This document shows positions 57,401 through 63,910 of a stretch of 63,910 nucleotides of DNA, one piece after another. Within the stretch, counting starts at the first letter, position 1, and each line of letters begins with the position of its first letter. The notes beneath the pieces are model-generated. The model ran no database searches. It was not told the DNA's origin and worked only from the letters and a program-made list of their open reading frames with translations. A program made the translations under genes and the position numbers. This DNA comes from Phoronis australis (Eukaryota; Animalia; Phoronida). The DNA is taken from contig NMRA01000006.1 in NCBI GenBank assembly GCA_002633005.1, positions 1,446,532 through 1,510,441 on the forward strand, given 5' to 3'.

Positions 57401-60400
57401 AAAAAAGGTGCCTTCCCCCCCTCCCATACAGATTTTACTGGAACAGCCCTTAATTCCTCCTGTTCTACAAGACAAGTTTTCATTGAGACACCTACTTTTA
57501 CCGTTTATTTAATCAGTTAATTGAAATGTCAAAGGTTATTATGTGCTACATTAGTTGTGTCTATAAATTAGAAAAGGACAATTACGACATTAAAACATGA
57601 TCTACAGCTGGTCTATGTGTAGATTTTGCCCAGGGAGAAGACTGAAAAAACTCAAATAAGTGCACATCACTCACCATGTCAGAAACTCTCAACTCTGTTG
57701 GCATTGGATTATAGACCCTGAGCTCAACTTCACTGCTATGGCCCATGATCCACTTGAAGGCTACAAATAGGAACCAGTTTTAGTCTTACAACAGTAAATT
57801 GCCTAATCACTATTTACTTGTTTCCATAATTATGAAAACACGGATTATCCAGAAATGATGACAAAGTATTTTGAAGCACGTTGAGTTGTAAACTTAAAGT
57901 CAACAGAGCACTATTCACTAATTCAAAAATAACAGTTACACTAACAAAGCACTCAAGTCACATTACATATGTGAGCGTGGATAATATCCCTCCATCATAG
58001 TTATTTCAACTAACAGACATACATTGTGTGGGTAAAAACCTGAGGATAACTTCCATCTCTAACACAGAGAATAATGCTATGGATTTCAGGTCTGTGATGA
58101 TGTGACCTCTGACCTTTGTCTTTACATGGGAAGAATTTCTACGGTCAACACGAAATGCAGTTTTCAGTTCATGTACCAGCCAGATTGGCATTGTTTCTCT
58201 CAGCATACATGTATTATTAATTTCCACATAGGTGCCGTGACCCCTTACTATCATAATATTGCCTTACGAAGACCTGCCAGTAGTGAAATTCAACAGAACA
58301 GTGAACATTATCCAAGCCAACATCCTTACATGCATGAGTGTCAGGTTTTAACTTCTTGTTGTGCGTGTGGAAGTTAATGGGTGAATAAATGAAGGGACCG
58401 TGTGACTTGATGCTGGACACGCGTTTATTCTTTACAGGCTCAAGATGACCAGGAAGTGGCTGGGGTCGGAAACTCCTGCAAAAGGTAATGTGACAAAGAT
58501 GAAAGATTAAGCGTCATCCCCCATTTATCCACTACCTGGATGGAGATGGTCGATTACGTAATAAAATTAGTGGGCTCTGTCAAAACTGTAATACCTCACA
58601 ACAAACAAAAACGCAATGGCCCAGAGCTGTAAATCAATAGGGTATTCGAGGATCAATACACATAAGAGAGATAGCAGAGGTTTTGTAATGAAAAATCAAT
58701 GCAAAGCCACAAGGGACTTTAGGGATGCCATGGCAACTAATCTAAAGGGACTACCAACTCCTGGTGGTTTATCAACTCATTTCAGTGAAAAACCAAGATT
58801 AACTTTTAACACCCGACAAAAATTCTTCATAAAAAATTCACAAACCGAAGTACGACCAGGTGGGTAACTGTGGTTTCATAAGACTATAGCAACAGGCCAG
58901 GTGCGACTATAATATTCTTAATTGTCTTGGTGTTTATTCACAGAAACAATCTATTTCCGGTCATATTGTCATTAATGATTAACCAAACAACACTGTTTTG
59001 TAGTTTTGTTCGTAGAGTAAAAAATGATGAATGAACAAAAAAAAAACAATAGGTCCACAAGTGCTTCAACTATTGCAATACGCACCAGACAGTGGGAAGT
59101 TTAGACAGAGCTACAGAGTGAACTATTGTGCCACTGTCAAGGGCAATGGGTTCAGACTTGACTGTGAACTTCTCTGTGTAGGACTCCAGCACTTTACTGA
59201 TCTCTGTCTTTTCAGTGGGTTTGAGATAATGGAACATGGTCTGCAGGAGAAATGCCATATGCCTGAAAATGAAAGAGGACAGATTTTCATTAAAAAATGA
59301 AGCTACGGTTTAGAAAAAACTGCTCTTTGAAAAATATCTAAGTCTGGCGAACTTCAGAAGTTCTTATTTGAGAAATGGTGGGTCGGATTCATGTCAACCT
59401 TTCGCATACTATGTCGCAATGTTCTTCAAAATGCCATTTCCAAAATGTTAAACTTCCGCATGACAGGCTATCAAAAATAAGACGTTTCTAATTTTTATAA
59501 AATAACTCAAAAGTGGCATGATTAGAAAACTGCATCAGCGTTTTTGAGATTTTAACTGGAAATTTTACATCAATTCATACCACTATTTCACTTGAACCAC
59601 AAATTGGATAGGGACTGATATATTACATGACTGACCTACTTTTCAAAATATCAGGCACTTTTCATTCGATCTGAAGTCAAAAACAACACATTGTGCACCT
59701 ACACTGACGTTTGCCTTTTTGCCAATTTCGTACCTCAAAAAATGCACCAACACATGTTTGGCTGCATAACTGCTCAGCACGCAACTTGAACCCACTCAAC
59801 CAGAACACCGGCTGGGATAACGCCTGAGCAGTTTGAAAGTGAGGAACACCAAATAGAATTTTGAGCATTAAGAAATTTTCTTGGTAAATAATTACAACTG
59901 CAAAAGATTTACCTGACCGCCAAAGCTGCATTGCCCGTTTTCCTAGCCGAGTAGACAAGTTCATGAAGCACCCTCAGTTGAATCACCGGCCACCCCTGAC
60001 GTCTAGTGGACTGGGCTGGAAGACAAATTCACATTGTTCACACTTCAATAGTACTCATGACAGTCTGCACTACAACTGTCTACAATTTTATTCCACAGGA
60101 AGCCATTGTTTGGTTTTCTTATCACAACATCAAAAATTTTCATTATTAAAGTGGTAATCAACCAGCGCCATCTATCAAAAAACAATATTTGATTTAGGCC
60201 ACTTACTATAACTATAAAATTGGTCTCGTATTGTTCCTTACTTAGATTATAAATAATATCAAGGCTAAGGAAGAGATGACGAGTCATTACTTGCTTTAGA
60301 CCAGGCTTATCAAGTTGTGTATCACTTTAGGTTAGTTTCAATCGCAAAGGCTGTATGGACGTTAGGGGGAATTCCAGGCAACGTAACATAACCTGTTTCA

Positions 60401-62785
60401 ATTCAAACAAAGGATAAGGACGCGATGACATTGCTTTGGAAGAACAAACATACTTGTGAAGGAAGTGGATGTTTTTGACACCAGAACATGGTTTACAACG
60501 GCTTTAAACTTGAATTGACCTATCGCAAGTTCCGCCCCTTTGCAAAATGTCGACAAACGAATAAAGGAGACGAAGGTGTGTCAAGAATAATGCATACTGA
60601 TTGGTCAGTTAAGCCGTTACTCAAAATCCTGGCAATAAGTCAATTGTGAAGTTGTGAGTTCTATCGCATGCGTTATTATACCATAACCGGCAGATGTCAA
60701 AAAATTCATTTTGCAAAAAAAACTGGTATCAACTTTGCCCTAAAAACATACAATTGTCAACTTTTATAGGAAAGTTTAATAGACTAATAGCAAAAAATTC
60801 CAGAACGCAGTACACTCCTTTACACAAACCTCTAGCGAACTCTCTTGGCTCCAGCGTGATTCTGTACCCTTCTAATGTGAGAAGCATCAGCTGGTAGCAC
60901 AGAGGCCAATTGGGTGTGGAGATCTGTTGACTGACACACTGTAACGCTGCGATTCGTCGGAAGAAGGCAGCCTTGCGGTGAAAACCTATCTCGCCGTAAA
61001 GGACAGCAAGGGTGCTGTACCGGTGAATCTGAGAATGAAAACAAATAAGTTTTAGTAATCTCTTTAGAGTTATCAATGCTATAAAACATGGCTCCCACTC
61101 TTTACCCATATCAGATTCAAGTACTTTCCAACCCAAATTTATGAACTTTTCAAGAACGTTTTTGCACGTAACTCCCTTCTTGGTGAAATTCACATGATCG
61201 TATATGGCCACCAAATGTTTGGTTATGTTTGGGATTTCTTAAAACAAACGAGGTCTATACCGATGGCTGGCTTTTGGCGCTTTCAATGAAAAATTACCAA
61301 ACAAAAAGTCAAAATAACATAATTTTGCAACATAACAACATAGTCAAGGACTTCTCAAGGCCAATGCCCAAAATTCAAGAACTTTTCAAGGCTGACAAGT
61401 CAAATTCAAATGCTTTTCAATATCTGTGGGAACCATGTAAATGTTTCACAAAAGCCTTTTTCTTTCTCATTTCTCAGAAAGCACAATCTTTCCTCAAATT
61501 AAGTATCATCTGCTATTTCGTCCTCTGGCTAGGTGCATTTTTTGCATATAGGATACAGCCAACTAAATGAAAGAAGACTCAAAATACAACCAAGGTGAGC
61601 ATTCTTTTCGAAATTCCAGCACCAGTCTAAGGGCATTACCTTTCTTACACAAACACTATAATCTGACATTACACTACCTTCAGTACAGCCATGTAAAAAA
61701 TAATCAAACAATATGACCCCAAATTGCCAATAAAGACCACAGAACATATGTAGAATTCGAATGTCACTGCAGATGAGTGAAAGTTGAATTCACGGTCAGA
61801 GTAACTAGAATAAAGACACCACCTACGTGATGGGTAACAGAATTCCTTCCGATCATTTTTAATGCGTACTTGCAGTCTAAGCACAGAGTACATACCTTTT
61901 CCTCATCGGAGAGCTGCAGATTGATGTAGACAACATTCTGGAGGAACTCGGACGCCGCCATGTACTTCTGCTGAATGATCATTATGCGGCAGGCTTTGAT
62001 GCTGGCTTCCAGTTCGATGATTCCAGCAAAACGATACTACAACACAGCAGTTGGTGAAGTGTTGAGGCCACATAAAAACTGATCAAGAATATTTCACTGT
62101 CCTTACTACATGTATGACTAGAACAACGCTTTTTGAAGAGCAACATTTTACAAAGTGCTCACTTTAATCACAGGAACACAAAACCAATTCATGTAATTAC
62201 CACCATAGATAAAATATAGTACACGTCAAAAATATTCAGACAAAATGACTCGGAATTCCCCACCATGACAGCTGGGTGGAAGCCAAATTCAACCTCAGAC
62301 TAGTCTTCCTTCATGATCGAGAATGAATGAGGAATTAATGGGAAAGTTATCAAGGAGGCTAAGCGATTTTGTAATAAGAATTTTGCTGCCCTAATATTGT
62401 ACTACCAATGTTTTTTGTTGTTACCAGCATTAGCCGTCACGACGGGGAAACGGTCTGATTATTTTATTTGTCTTATGTAAGCCACGAATATTTATTAATC
62501 TTTATAAAAGACCCTACACGTCTTTTCTGGGATACCATAAAACAGAGTAAAACGTATACAATGCCAACTAAGACAGCTGATTCGTAACAAATTGTGCATC
62601 AGAAGACCGCGAACAATTTAGGTGAGTGAGACATAGAAAGAGATCCAAGCTTTTGGTATATTTTACCTTACTATACTGTATGATGGCTTCTTTGTACTTG
62701 TCTATAATATCGTTAGGGGCCAGGCAGTTTTTGCTGACGTGAACCTTAGGGTCCAGGCCATTTGTACCTGCTATAAAACTGTTCA
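44732..62785 (-). CDS. TRAPPC9: Trafficking protein particle complex subunit 9 (NIBP/Trs120), 5'-partial
   Basis: Exons 62785(or 62767)-62667, 62036-61896, 61028-60830, 60015-59913, 59262-59086, 58475-58330, 57760-57675, 57007-56881, 56351-56102, 55398-55313, 53798-53658, 52522-52410, 51844-51702 (these last two duplicated at 49576-49464 and 48923-48781), 47944-47834, 47475-47276, 46817-46719, 45787-45669 and 44887-44732. Motifs: [113 protein letters not shown]. Confidence 0.93.
46250..46640. repeat. Foldback-like element built of ACTCAC/ACTCAT sub-repeats in inverted halves
   Basis: CTCACTGACCACCAAACA (~46322) pairs with TGTTTGGCAGTCAGTGAG (~46524). A related ACTCA-rich array containing GCCAAACATGG occurs at ~63690-63910. 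Confidence 0.55.
47782..47822. repeat. (CT)n microsatellite
   Basis: About 20 CT units just inside a TRAPPC9 intron. Confidence 0.95.
50146..50260 (+). mobile_element. Left end of a Harbinger-like non-autonomous element (TAA|GGGCTGTTCCAG)
   Basis: The same terminus appears in reverse at ~57300-57449 (...CTGGAACAGCCC|TTA). The homologous position of the other duplicate copy (53082-53087) has a single TAA and no element. Confidence 0.65.
50912..51412. other. Assembly gap (~500 N), followed by (CAG)n at 51413-51496
   Basis: Run of N, then ~28 CAG units. Confidence 0.99.
54589..55020. mobile_element. Tc1/mariner-pogo-type MITE with TA TSD
   Basis: TA|CCGTATTCACTGTAATAACCGCCCA ... TGGGCGGTTATTACGGCGAATACAG|TA, with internal GGGCGCTTA sub-repeats. 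Confidence 0.8.
57300..57449 (-). mobile_element. Truncated copy of the GGGCTGTTCCAG Harbinger-like element
   Basis: Reverse complement matches 50146-50230 (GGGCTGTTCCAG.AAAATCTGTATGGGAGGGGGGGAAGGCAC). Confidence 0.65.
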
Positions 62786-63910
62786 CTGAAAACACAAAAT
62801 GGTCAAGCTTGAATAACATAACAATGATTCTTTTCAAATCTCCATGAGCACATCTTTCAAACAATGAGGAATGACAGTCTCAAGGAACAATAACACACAG
62901 ACCTTGTCCAAAATGGACTCTAACACTGCTGTAAACCCATGTTCCATAAAAGAAAGGGACTTTTTTAACAAAAAATTCTCCAGTTTGGGACTGTCTGTAA
63001 ATTTCAGGACGCCAAAACTTAAGTCAAAATTGGATTTTCTTGATTCTGATGACAGGGACATGTGCAGTTTTGGCGCTCACCCCATTTCTCAAACATCTGA
63101 CACATCGATTTTTATCAACAGCCTGATAATAGACTCCGCAGTTTATAAAATCGTCGAAAAAAAAAAATGCTGATGCAAAATTTTGATGCTTCCCCATAAT
63201 GTGTAACATCAGGGTGAATGATTGTTTGTCATTGATTGTAATTCTTGAATTTGGGGCAAACAATATTGCCTATTTCTAAAATTTGGTACAACCTCTGACC
63301 TCAAGAAAAATAATTTTCACTGGCTCGAACTGTGGAATTTTTAACATGGACCAGTTGCTGCAATAAAACTGGTGTTGGCTTCTTCCTCAGTCAAATAAGA
63401 AATGGCTTCTAAACTTGGAATAAACTCACAGTTTGCTATTACTTCCGATTATTTTCAGTGCTTAAAATGACTTGCCGCAACAAGCCAACTGATTGAGCCA
63501 AGTCTCGAGCACAAACGAACTGTCATGTCTTTTCCAAACCCAGCAACCATTTCTCGTCTGTTTAAGGAGCAAGCTCGGACTAGTTTTGTGGTAGTAAGTA
63601 GGCTAAATCAAAAGTTTGTTTTGCTTCATGATACTTGAGTTTGCAGCAACTTTAATGTCTGTTTTGGACATAACCAAGGTACCTAAACTACACGGCTAAT
63701 GGACTCATAAACACGGTCACAGGCGCACGAACACAACTCACGGACCTGCAAACACCGTCCACTGACTCACAAACCCGGGAACGTACTCACAAAACACGAT
63801 CCATTCACCCAAATACACGGGACATGGACTCATATTCACAAGGAAACACAGTTAACGGACCGCCAAACATGGGTCATGGACTCATCGGCTTCCTGGGTCA
63901 GCTTACATCT

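Overview
AT-rich, intron-rich animal genomic DNA. It is probably from a marine invertebrate, but that is an inference and the taxon cannot be fixed from this window. Five protein-coding genes were reconstructed by hand from GT-AG junctions with consistent reading phases. (1) A 4-exon, 240-aa secreted 16-cysteine protein of Argos (giant-lens)/scoloptoxin-11 type (minus strand, 7424-10101). (2) A 9-exon, 327-aa unrecognised protein with four 5' microexons and an acidic tail (plus, 11732-21934). (3) RPL11 (minus, 23569-31054), whose introns host box C/D snoRNA candidates, including two paralogues with the same 28S rRNA guide. (4) DRC1/CCDC164 (plus, 31386-42549), head-to-head with RPL11 across a 331-bp interval. 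(5) The 3' part of TRAPPC9 (minus, from 44732, running off the right edge). Mobile DNA includes a decayed Ty3/gypsy element with integrase upstream of RT (Gmr1-like order), RTE-like LINE fragments and several MITE families. A ~1.6-kb duplication of two TRAPPC9 exons flanks a ~500-N gap and is most likely two haplotypes assembled in tandem. The best leads are the RPL11 intronic small-RNA cluster, the Argos/SLPTX11-like gene and the unrecognised, possibly ciliary, gene.
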